DNA of 54,514 nt, taken from positions 1 through 54,514 of the forward strand of contig JAHYJO010000008.1 of assembly GCA_019429125.1 (NCBI GenBank), written 5' to 3'. Of this stretch, positions 41,485 through 49,967 are shown in pieces. Under the pieces are notes generated by a model. It did no database searches. It saw nothing but the letters and a program-made list of their open reading frames with translations, and was not told the origin of the DNA. Numbering within the stretch: the stretch's first letter is position 1; each line of letters starts with the position of its first letter. Source of the DNA: Nanobdellati archaeon. Lineage in GTDB: Archaea > EX4484-52 > GLR71. The position numbers and the translations under genes are program-made.

Positions 41485-42222
41485 TCAATACGATGGTACA
41501 TAATCAAGCTCTTTCCAGAACTGCGCGGCCTCAATAAGCTTATCATGTGCATCTAACCCTTTTTCTTCCGCAACCGTATACTTTTCAGCCATCTGCGCAA
41601 CATCCTCAAGCGACCTGTTCACTTTGCTTATATATGATACTACTATATTTTTCCGGACAACATACCGTTCCATATCCAACAATTGTGACTCATAAGAATC
41701 AACAAGCCTTTTTTCCCTATCCTCCAGAAAATGATATGCAGACGGATTATTGTCTAAAACAGATACTTCATAGCCCTTGCTTGCGCCATCCAGGGACCGT
41801 AAAAGTTTCTTTAGGAAATTAAAAATACTCCATCCTCTCTCAACTTTACCGCAATTACCTTTCAACACACCCTCACTAATATCAAATCCATCATATGAAT
41901 CATTAGAATACATTATAGACCTTCCAGGCACACAGCTCAAAAACTGTTCAATCTGCGACCTATCCTTTGCACCAAGCACCATAAGCCGTGTATCAGGATT
42001 ATATGACACTTCAATACCATCCCTCCCGATAAGACTTGAGAACGTATACTCTTTTTTAACTTTTCCAGCATGACTTATAGCACTAGCACAATCCATATCA
42101 TATACACCTAAACGTCTTGAGAATAACGCAATAGCTGCATCAAACACATCATTGTCTATCTTGTCGGTATATACATCCAGACCGTCACATTTACAATATC
42201 CTACTGTTTTTGCGCGTAACAT
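41485..42222 (-). CDS. Hypothetical protein, first gene of the ESCRT-like operon
   Basis: Alpha/beta-looking N-half, internal amphipathic WSIFNFLKKLL, C-terminal coiled coil. Confidence 0.7.
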   Translation of the reverse strand: MLRAKTVGYCKCDGLDVYTDKIDNDVFDAAIALFSRRLGVYDMDCASAISHAGKVKKEYTFSSLIGRDGIEVSYNPDTRLMVLGAKDRSQIEQFLSCVPGRSIMYSNDSYDGFDISEGVLKGNCGKVERGWSIFNFLKKLLRSLDGASKGYEVSVLDNNPSAYHFLEDREKRLVDSYESQLLDMERYVVRKNIVVSYISKVNRSLEDVAQMAEKYTVAEEKGLDAHDKLIEAAQFWKELDYVPSY

Positions 42223-42332
42223 ACATATCTATTGTATTACCTTCCTGTATATTGATACCTGACCAACCACATAAGTAAATCTACATAGATTAACCACTAT
42301 AGGTAGGTGTATTTTCACATTTAGTTTTTAAC

Positions 42333-42650
42333 CTAACCAAACACTAAAAGATAAACTGATACAAATACCAAGCCAAAAAACATCCACAAGACAAATGTAG
42401 ACAGATTATCTTTGTGCATCTTCTTTATAACGCCCATGCGAAACACAGAGACTATCGTCTTATAGAAAGCTTGTGACGGAACTTTTTCATTATCAGGATT
42501 AATAGAATTCCCACAGGCATAAGGTTTCTTTGTTGCTGATGACACATCAGAATCAGTTTTTGCAAACTGATAAAACCCATAAGTAATCGCTGAAAACAAA
42601 ATAAAGATAAAAACCCAATCGTCAACCAAAAAAGACATTATATCAACCAT
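42333..42650 (-). CDS. MbhI-like membrane subunit of the Mrp/Mbh module
   Basis: TM helix, KPYACG, H..NLS.FVLW C-terminal TM; position after MnhD. Confidence 0.65.
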   Translation of the reverse strand: MVDIMSFLVDDWVFIFILFSAITYGFYQFAKTDSDVSSATKKPYACGNSINPDNEKVPSQAFYKTIVSVFRMGVIKKMHKDNLSTFVLWMFFGLVFVSVYLLVFG

Positions 42651-42664
42651 AACAACACCACATC

Positions 42665-44113
42665 CTAAATAATACCCAAAACAGCCTTGATATAAAATTC
42701 CCTATCCAGACCAGAACCTGAAATGATACCCATCAAACCAGTAAAATATCCCTGAAACACACCAAGCACAATACACAATATAACCAATATGACCATGACG
42801 ACCTTAAGATCATAATCTATCTTGACCACACCCGCATCTTTCCTGTTTGATAAAAATATCATATTTATCATTTTAAACGAATATGCCAATGTCAATACAG
42901 AGACAATCATTGCAACAAATGTAGCAATGGGGAATACTTCAATACCAGAAATATATATCAGAAGCTTGCTTGAAAAACCGTTTGACATAGGAAGTCCAGC
43001 CAATGCAACGGCACCCACAAGAGATGAAACAAAAAGTATAGGATTACCGAAACCTAAACCGCCCATCTTATCAAGATTACTTGTACCAAAATGTCTTATC
43101 ACAACATATGCTACAATAAAAAGAAGAATATCTATAATGACAAGATTGACCATGTGATACACAGCTCCCGTATATCCATACAGGCCAATCCCTAAAAGGA
43201 CATAACCAGTCTGCGATATTGCAGAATATGCAAGTAATTTCTTGAGGTTCTGTGTCTGCAGTGCAAGCACAGCGCCAAGCACCATTGTCAAAAATGAGAG
43301 AGCAATCAACAACCCCGAAATATTAAGATTACCAACAGTAACGACAAGCCTAAATATTGTATAAAGACCAATTATTGTCCCTGTTGCAGTAAACATAAGC
43401 CCTAAAGATAGCGGTGCATACCTTATGACCGAGGGTTTCCATGCATGGAACGGTGCAATTGCTGCCTTGAACATGAAACCAGAGATAAGCAACCCAAAAC
43501 CCACAATTGTTGCGGCAGTTGATGACACAGCCACTTTACTTGCAATGTCAGCCATATTCAAAGTTCCCAAAGACCCGTAAATAAAAACTATTCCTAAAAG
43601 TATAAGTGATGTGCTGAAACTTCCCATTATAAGATACTTGATAGATGATGCAATAGCTTTCTTTTGCCCAGTATAAGACACAAGCGCATATGACGCAATG
43701 CTCAATATCTCAAAGAATACAAAAAGATTAAATATATCCCCTGTCATTGCCGCCCCAAAAAGCCCTAATAAAAGAAGCATAAAAAGCGCATAAAATTCTC
43801 TCTTATCTTCATGTATCTCAGTCTTGCTTATGACAAGAGATGCCACCGCAACAAGGACCAAAAGTATACACACCATATAATTCAAGAAATCAACAGCAAA
43901 ACTAATACCTAAAGGTGGCATCCACCCTAACTGATAATATACAATAATCTTGTCAGAGATCAATAAAGGTAAATCAAGCAAAAGAAATATTGCACTTAAA
44001 CACACACCACCAGTCGCAATCATGAGATGATGATGCCTATGCCGACCACTAGTAATAGTTATAAGAAACACAGCCGCAAGCAAAACAGGTACAATAATAT
44101 TTAAATATGCCAT
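42665..44113 (-). CDS. mnhD: Na+/H+ antiporter subunit D (MnhD/MbhH)
   Basis: GWMPPLGI, TGDIFNLFVFFE, KAAIAPFH.W, KLLAYS.ISQ.GY, GLP..NGF.SK. Confidence 0.92.
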   Translation of the reverse strand: MAYLNIIVPVLLAAVFLITITSGRHRHHHLMIATGGVCLSAIFLLLDLPLLISDKIIVYYQLGWMPPLGISFAVDFLNYMVCILLVLVAVASLVISKTEIHEDKREFYALFMLLLLGLFGAAMTGDIFNLFVFFEILSIASYALVSYTGQKKAIASSIKYLIMGSFSTSLILLGIVFIYGSLGTLNMADIASKVAVSSTAATIVGFGLLISGFMFKAAIAPFHAWKPSVIRYAPLSLGLMFTATGTIIGLYTIFRLVVTVGNLNISGLLIALSFLTMVLGAVLALQTQNLKKLLAYSAISQTGYVLLGIGLYGYTGAVYHMVNLVIIDILLFIVAYVVIRHFGTSNLDKMGGLGFGNPILFVSSLVGAVALAGLPMSNGFSSKLLIYISGIEVFPIATFVAMIVSVLTLAYSFKMINMIFLSNRKDAGVVKIDYDLKVVMVILVILCIVLGVFQGYFTGLMGIISGSGLDREFYIKAVLGII

Positions 44114-44269
44114 CTTAAACACTTCAAAAAACTTCCGAAAGGAAGCTATCATATAGTTACAGATTTGTCCAATCATGTTAATATAATTATTCAATACGAC
44201 CATTCAACAAAAATTCAACAAAACTGCAAGACAAAAAAACAGCTCAACCAACCCATAAACTGCAATAAA

Positions 44270-44614
44270 TCATCCATAAGATGCATCTGAAATCCCAGTC
44301 ATCTTGTGATTTTTTATAATCAATGTAAGAGCAAGCGCAGTCACTGAAAGATCAATCACAATCGATGTTAATACAAGTGCCTGAGGTAGTGGATCAACAG
44401 CAGTAGATGAAAAATATGACAGTCCCATCCCACTAAGAAATATTGGAGCAATTCCTAGAGAACGATAACCAAGAGCTATCAGCAAAATGTGTATGCCTGT
44501 CGTAAAGATACCAAGACCAATAACTTTCTTTACCAGATTATCCTTAGCAATTATCGTATATATCCCAATAATGACAAAAGCTAATGAAGCAATATATATA
44601 ATCATATTTTCCAA
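44270..44614 (-). CDS. mnhC: Na+/H+ antiporter subunit C (MnhC/MbhG)
   Basis: NLVKKVIGL, VDPLPQALVLTSIVI. Confidence 0.92.
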   Translation of the reverse strand: MENMIIYIASLAFVIIGIYTIIAKDNLVKKVIGLGIFTTGIHILLIALGYRSLGIAPIFLSGMGLSYFSSTAVDPLPQALVLTSIVIDLSVTALALTLIIKNHKMTGISDASYG

Positions 44615-45012
44615 GCCTCCTTTTCAAGTGAATATATTATAAGAATTATTGCTGATGACACCATCAATGTCCCTGCCAGATTCATAATCATCGTAAACCC
44701 ACCACTCCACAGATGAAATAATGTCTGACTCTCAATAAGTTTATTCCTGAACATATAACCTAATTTCCCGATTATTAAGATCATGAAAAACCCGGCAACA
44801 CTCTTTATATCTATAAGCTCATGAACTGTCAACTTATGTTCCACATCCATTTCGTCAAAAGCTATGACAAGAAGAGCAAACGCAGAACCTATAATTGCTC
44901 CCGCCGCGAAACCACCACCTGGTGTAAGGTGCCCATGGAGCGCGATATAAAAACCATACAGAACTATAAATGGAAAAACAATCTTTGTGACCTGCTTAAC
45001 TATTATATCCAT
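44602..45012 (-). CDS. mnhB: Na+/H+ antiporter MnhB-domain subunit (MbhF)
   Basis: HGHLTPGGGFAAG. Confidence 0.9.
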   Translation of the reverse strand: MDIIVKQVTKIVFPFIVLYGFYIALHGHLTPGGGFAAGAIIGSAFALLVIAFDEMDVEHKLTVHELIDIKSVAGFFMILIIGKLGYMFRNKLIESQTLFHLWSGGFTMIMNLAGTLMVSSAIILIIYSLEKEAWKI

Positions 45013-45018
45013 ACAAAA

Positions 45019-45348
45019 TCACCTTTTATCCTTGACAACGTTCTCTTTTTTAGACGTCATCCTTCTTGTAACAAGAGCAACACCTAAAGCACCCGTAAAA
45101 AATACAATTTCTTCACCCATAGTATCAAAACCGCGAAGGTCCCATACTATAGAGTTAACAATATTTGTAGACCCAGTAAGATTTGAACCTTCATTAAGAT
45201 ACTGTTCAGCCAGACTACCTTTTTCAATTATGCCAAATACATGAAGTCCATCCGCACTATAAAACAATACACAAGAAAAAATAACAAGTAACCCCATCAT
45301 TATTACTTTTTGATATTTTAGACGACGACTCAAACTAACAGTTTTCAT
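45019..45348 (-). CDS. MbhE-like antiporter subunit
   Basis: NIVNSIVWDLRGFDTMGE. Confidence 0.88.
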   Translation of the reverse strand: MKTVSLSRRLKYQKVIMMGLLVIFSCVLFYSADGLHVFGIIEKGSLAEQYLNEGSNLTGSTNIVNSIVWDLRGFDTMGEEIVFFTGALGVALVTRRMTSKKENVVKDKR

Positions 45349-45578
45349 TACTCAAACCTCTCCGTCTTATGTATAGTTATAAGAAACAAAAATGTTATAA
45401 GTCCAGCACACACGGCCGCTTGCGTCAGAGCTATATCAGGAGCTTTAAGAATAAAAAATATAACGGCCACAACCAGATCAAGCCCAGCCAAAACTAAAAC
45501 TGAATGAACAAGATCTTTTAGTTCTATAGCTACCAGCGCCAAAACTATACCCACTAATAGCAATATCTCAAGCAACAT
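45348..45578 (-). CDS. MbhD-like (DUF4040) antiporter subunit
   Basis: KDL..SV, LKAPDIALTQAAV. Confidence 0.88.
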   Translation of the reverse strand: MLLEILLLVGIVLALVAIELKDLVHSVLVLAGLDLVVAVIFFILKAPDIALTQAAVCAGLITFLFLITIHKTERFE

Positions 45579-45581
45579 AAC

Positions 45582-45908
45582 TCAGACCTCCCCCTTCAAC
45601 TTATTGTGGCCCAAATCATCTCGTGTGAGATTTTTAGGCTCAATGCCCATCCTATGTGCACAATTGACAATTGCATGGCTACTGACAGGATTAGTCAATG
45701 CAAAAAATATGACAATAAGTATTGCTTTAACAGAATATACAGTCCCTACTGTTTCAATTGCAAGAACAATTAATGCAAGCATTACACCACCTACACTAAT
45801 CATGGTCGCCGCATGTATCCTAGTATAGCAATCCTTAAACCTGAACAGTCCGATTGCGCCGATAAAAGCCGAAATTGCAGCTATATAAATTAATACTTCA
45901 GATATCAT
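45582..45908 (-). CDS. mnhG: Na+/H+ antiporter subunit G
   Basis: GLFRF.D.YTRIHAAT, TNPVSSHAI. Confidence 0.92.
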   Translation of the reverse strand: MISEVLIYIAAISAFIGAIGLFRFKDCYTRIHAATMISVGGVMLALIVLAIETVGTVYSVKAILIVIFFALTNPVSSHAIVNCAHRMGIEPKNLTRDDLGHNKLKGEV

Positions 45909-46162
45909 CTCTCTTTACCCTTCCCCTTTATCCATTTAGATACCGCAACAGTCCCAATAAAAAGAAGCAACGAAAATGTGAGCGCAATATCAAGATACAT
46001 AGGTGCTGAATTCACAATTGCCAAAAACACAAAAAAAAGTATCATCATCTGCCCTAAAACGTCAAGCGCAACCATACGATCCGCAAATGTAGGTCCTATA
46101 AGGAAACGGACAAAAACCAAAATTGCAGATGCTAATATTATGTACCACACAAGAATCATCAA
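45905..46162 (-). CDS. mnhF: Na+/H+ antiporter subunit F
   Basis: R..IGPT.ADRMVALD, LDIAL, FIGT. Confidence 0.92.
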   Translation of the reverse strand: MMILVWYIILASAILVFVRFLIGPTFADRMVALDVLGQMMILFFVFLAIVNSAPMYLDIALTFSLLLFIGTVAVSKWIKGKGKER

Positions 46163-46644
46163 TCAACCACCCTCCGACCATATTTATTAAAGAAGTAATC
46201 AATCTTATCACCTTTTTTATAATTAAGACAATGCACATAAAGATTTTTATCAATTGAAACAGAAACAGTCCCTGGCGTTAAAGTTATAGAGTTCGCAAGA
46301 AGCACAAGACCCATATCAGAATTAAACTCAGGTGTAATCCTAACAATTGCAGGACTTATATTACCAGTAATTATAGCTTTAGCAACAGACAGATGCGATT
46401 GTATCTCTACAATCAAAAATACGATAGCATATATAAAAATATTAAATATTTTAAATGGATTAAATATATAATCCACAATCTTAAAGTCTGTATATTTATG
46501 AATAAAAACTGAAACTAAAATAGACACCACAAATCCGAAAGCAAGTTCCTGAACATCAAGACTATAAGTGAAGAGAATCCAAGCAATATAAATAACTAGG
46601 AATGTACTTATCTGCCTTAAAGACTGTTTCAAGAAACTGCTCAT
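46159..46644 (-). CDS. mnhE: Na+/H+ antiporter subunit E
   Basis: W...T, P.IV, LANSITLTPGT, LYVH. Confidence 0.92.
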   Translation of the reverse strand: MSSFLKQSLRQISTFLVIYIAWILFTYSLDVQELAFGFVVSILVSVFIHKYTDFKIVDYIFNPFKIFNIFIYAIVFLIVEIQSHLSVAKAIITGNISPAIVRITPEFNSDMGLVLLANSITLTPGTVSVSIDKNLYVHCLNYKKGDKIDYFFNKYGRRVVD

Positions 46645-46727
46645 ACATAATTAATGTATTCTCTTGATACATAAAGGTTTCTGTATATTGACAAGAAAAT
46701 AAGAAATTATATTAAATAAAAAATAAA

Positions 46728-46840
46728 TAAAAAGCACTACTAGTCCAAAGCTAACATAGTACTTCTCCCTCAGTCCAAACCACAGGAACCACCCGACCGA
46801 AACCGGATAAAGCAAATAATCACGAGACACAAACGCCTCT
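46728..46840 (-). ncRNA. Candidate ~110-nt structured ncRNA (C/D-box-like elements)
   Basis: TTTATATA at 46870-46863; three stems with G-U pairs only on the minus strand; UUCG loop; GUGAUUA and CUGA boxes; U-tract end. Confidence 0.55.
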
Positions 46841-46971
46841 AAATAACAATCTATTTAGGTAGTATATAAACATTTATATTGTGTAAGATATATTTTATGA
46901 AAATAAAAAAGACAAACTCAAATTAACACTCAAAAAATAAATAGAACCCTAACCCAAAACAAATAACAGAC

Positions 46972-47757
46972 TCAATAACTAAATCTTCTTGTCCTCTCTT
47001 CAATGACGTTCAATTTTTCAATTATTAGACTTATCTGTTCCTTAAGACCTCTCAACTCAAGACTTATGTCAAGTCTGCGCATACCATCAGTATTTTGTTG
47101 CTGTATATCAGCTACTGATTTTGCAGGTTGTGGAGATTCAGGGACATCACCTCTAGACATTGAAGGATATATTGATTGATACTGTTGTTGGGGTTGCGAC
47201 ATTGGTTGAAACGACTGTTGTTGTGAGATAGGTTGTTGGGCTGGTTGTTGTAATTGAGAAAATGATTGTGGAAGCATACCCATATTAACATTATCAATAT
47301 CTCCCATACCATTTTGAGAATTGGACGATAAAGACGAATCGATACCGTATGGATTTGCTGCAGCCTGTGAAGATGGATATGATGCTTGCGCCATAACGGT
47401 CTGGTCAGAAGGATATGCATTCTGAGTAGGGTTGCTCGGCATACTCATACCAGACTCAGATGATATATTAGGGAACGTCTGTTGTCCCATCGTACCCATG
47501 GTCTGCATATCACGGACAATCTGATTAGGAGGATTAAAAGGTGTATTTGTATCAATACCCATACCCCCAGAATAGTCAGCATTAGCACTTGCTTCTAAAA
47601 CTTTAGACGATTTTGAAAATTCAGCAGTCGGATCAGATCTCAAAATATCATCAATGTTAGAATCAGATAAAGACGAAGATGAATCCAAGGGGGTACTACC
47701 TGATTTTGACGGAATATGCCCTTGAACAGTAGCTTTTAGTTTAGAAAATATATTCAT
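46972..47757 (-). CDS. Low-complexity S/Q/P/M-rich protein with N-terminal amphipathic helix and C-terminal coiled coil
   Basis: MNIFSKLK..., QQPAQQPISQQQ, LELRGLKEQISLIIEKLNVIEER. Confidence 0.75.
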   Translation of the reverse strand: MNIFSKLKATVQGHIPSKSGSTPLDSSSSLSDSNIDDILRSDPTAEFSKSSKVLEASANADYSGGMGIDTNTPFNPPNQIVRDMQTMGTMGQQTFPNISSESGMSMPSNPTQNAYPSDQTVMAQASYPSSQAAANPYGIDSSLSSNSQNGMGDIDNVNMGMLPQSFSQLQQPAQQPISQQQSFQPMSQPQQQYQSIYPSMSRGDVPESPQPAKSVADIQQQNTDGMRRLDISLELRGLKEQISLIIEKLNVIEERTRRFSY

Positions 47758-47826
47758 AATGACTCACATCTGTACAATAACACTAATTATTTAATTATTG
47801 ATGATATAAATAGATACCTATTAAAA

Positions 47827-48313
47827 GGCACAGTTAAAAAATGAATTTCTGTCAAATAAGTTTTTCAGAATAAAATATACATTAAACTGTCAAACTTAGG
47901 ATTTAACATCTTCTGAAATAATTCTAAAAATTACAAAATATACAGAGGGACATAGAGAAAAAAAATATTCCCTACAAACCTCCGTGTTTAATCTTTTTTG
48001 CCTTTACCATGACTCATTCATCCTGACTAAATTATAAGTCACCATTTTTGCGTATATAATTAAACCCATTATGAACCATTTTTGTGCCACAAGAACATAT
48101 TTTTGTCTTTTTTCGGAGAAATGTTTTATTTTTACAGTGAACTCAAAATCATCACTTTAAGGAAATATGCTGATAAATAGTTCAACACCGTTAAAGTTAT
48201 TAAGACACATTTGTATATTAGTCATAGAGCAAAACCTGTTTTTTGTGATAAATTAACTTATATTTTTGCTCTTTTATACTTTCTTAGCCATCACTCACTT
48301 TTTGGACAGTGCC
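47827..48313 (-). mobile_element. Degraded IS remnant sharing ends with MITE family B; contains a transposase N-terminal fragment
   Basis: Ends GGCACAGTT... and ...TCACTCACTTTTTGGACAGTGCC; broken minus-strand frame MTNIQMCLNNF...DDFEF...CSCGTKMVHNGFN. Confidence 0.75.
47847..47900. repeat. Dispersed repeat family C copy nested in the IS remnant
   Basis: Matches 14233-14285. Confidence 0.8.
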
Positions 48314-48388
48314 AATAAAGATTTATATATATAACAATAGACATATTATAATTAGATAATTTTATTGAAAATATTACAAGGTGTTCTT

Positions 48389-49780
48389 ATGACAACAAAA
48401 ACTAAAGACAAAAAAACTACAGCAAAACCCAATACTGAAAAACCAAAAATAAAAAAATCAGCATCACCAAAAAATGCAAAAAACACAAAAAATACAGATA
48501 ATTCAAAAGACAAAAAAAGTAGCAATGCTGAAAAAAATAACGAAAAAAAAGAAATATCAAAAGAAGAGAGCCAGAAAAAACGCCTTGAGACAGCACAAAA
48601 TTTTGCAAAAGAAGTCCAAAAAGAATTTAAAAACAGCCTAAAAGCAGTCGTAGTATATGGTTCTACTGCAAAAGGAAAACACAAAGAGACTTCAGACATA
48701 GACACCTTTGTAATAATTGATGATACTAAACTAGAAAATGAGATACCTGCTGAAGTCAAAGAGAAAATAAGCGCAGACCTGAGACGCATTGCAGCAAAAA
48801 TAGACAAAGACATCACAATACAGGCATTCATGTTCCTTACAGAGTTCTGGGAATCAGTACGATCTGTTGAACCATTAATAATGGAAATCCTGAGATTCGG
48901 CATCCCAGTATATGATGTCGGCATATACATGCCAGCAAAAAGAATGCTTCAAAGAGGCATGCTCCCAACAACAAACGAAGCTGTGGCAAAAAGGATTCAC
49001 ATCGCGCCTCAACATCTTAAGATGGCTGAATACAGGATAAAGAGCGGTGCACATTTCATGGAACAGGCAATGGCAGCTGCAGGTCAAGCCCCACTGATGC
49101 TCATTGGAAAAGTACCACCAGGCAAAGAGGATGTACCCAAAGAACTAATATTTCATTTTGTAGACAAAAAACTTCTTGACGCAAAATATGGAGAGATGGC
49201 ACAAAATATACATGACTTTGCAAAAGAGATTGAACATGCTGAAAAAAAAGAGATAAAAAATTTAGGCAAAAGGACAGACAAATACCTCAAAATGACAGAT
49301 GAGTTCATAAAAGAGATGCAAGAACTCCTAAAAAGACTAACAGAGCAGAAAGCAGACACAGTATTGATGAACACATACAAAGCATTCCTCAAAGCAAATG
49401 TAGGTGCACTTGAGCTCAAAGGTGTCAAGCCCCCAGAACACTTAAAAGATCTCCCTAAAACCATGGCAGACCATTTCCCAGACATGAAAGAACTACAAGA
49501 AGACCTTTTTGAGCGTCTTGCAAAAGCACTAATTATCGCAAAGAAAGGAAAGGCCGAAATGATACCTGAAAGAGAGATTTATGGCCTTAAGGAAGAGACA
49601 AAACGTTTCATCTACACTTTGGGCAACAAACTGAAAGAGCTTAAGGACAAAGGCGAACTAAAAATAACAGAAGAAAAACTTGAGATCCTAAAGAAACTTA
49701 AGGAAGCACAAGAAAATAATAAAGACCATGCCTCAGGCCATGTGACTATGGCCAATCATTCTGAAAATAAAAAGAATTAA
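48389..49780 (+). CDS. Minimal nucleotidyltransferase-domain protein with helical (HEPN-like?) C-terminal region
   Basis: VVYGSTAKG....SDIDTFVIIDD; K-rich N-terminal tail. Confidence 0.8.
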   Translation: MTTKTKDKKTTAKPNTEKPKIKKSASPKNAKNTKNTDNSKDKKSSNAEKNNEKKEISKEESQKKRLETAQNFAKEVQKEFKNSLKAVVVYGSTAKGKHKETSDIDTFVIIDDTKLENEIPAEVKEKISADLRRIAAKIDKDITIQAFMFLTEFWESVRSVEPLIMEILRFGIPVYDVGIYMPAKRMLQRGMLPTTNEAVAKRIHIAPQHLKMAEYRIKSGAHFMEQAMAAAGQAPLMLIGKVPPGKEDVPKELIFHFVDKKLLDAKYGEMAQNIHDFAKEIEHAEKKEIKNLGKRTDKYLKMTDEFIKEMQELLKRLTEQKADTVLMNTYKAFLKANVGALELKGVKPPEHLKDLPKTMADHFPDMKELQEDLFERLAKALIIAKKGKAEMIPEREIYGLKEETKRFIYTLGNKLKELKDKGELKITEEKLEILKKLKEAQENNKDHASGHVTMANHSENKKN

Positions 49781-49967
49781 TAAATACAGTCTTATTCTTT
49801 TAATTTTTCCTTTCATATTTTTATTATGCTTATAATAGATACATATATAACCTATTAGTCAAAAATAATAGAAATTATAATTTTAATTACATATCCCCGT
49901 TTCTTTATGTCCTGAAACAAAATCAGAAAGATATATTAGAGACAAAATATACAGGAAATGATAAATT

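Noticed and set aside
44114-44203. N-terminal extension of MnhD in the ORF track
   Set aside because: The hydrophobic MnhD-like sequence begins at ATG 44113; the extension looks non-homologous.
46728-46850. 5S rRNA, suggested by length and the plus-strand AACCACCCG..CCGAAAC..GG
   Set aside because: Lacks the CCCAU.CCGAAC loop and terminal helix I; pairing favours the minus strand.
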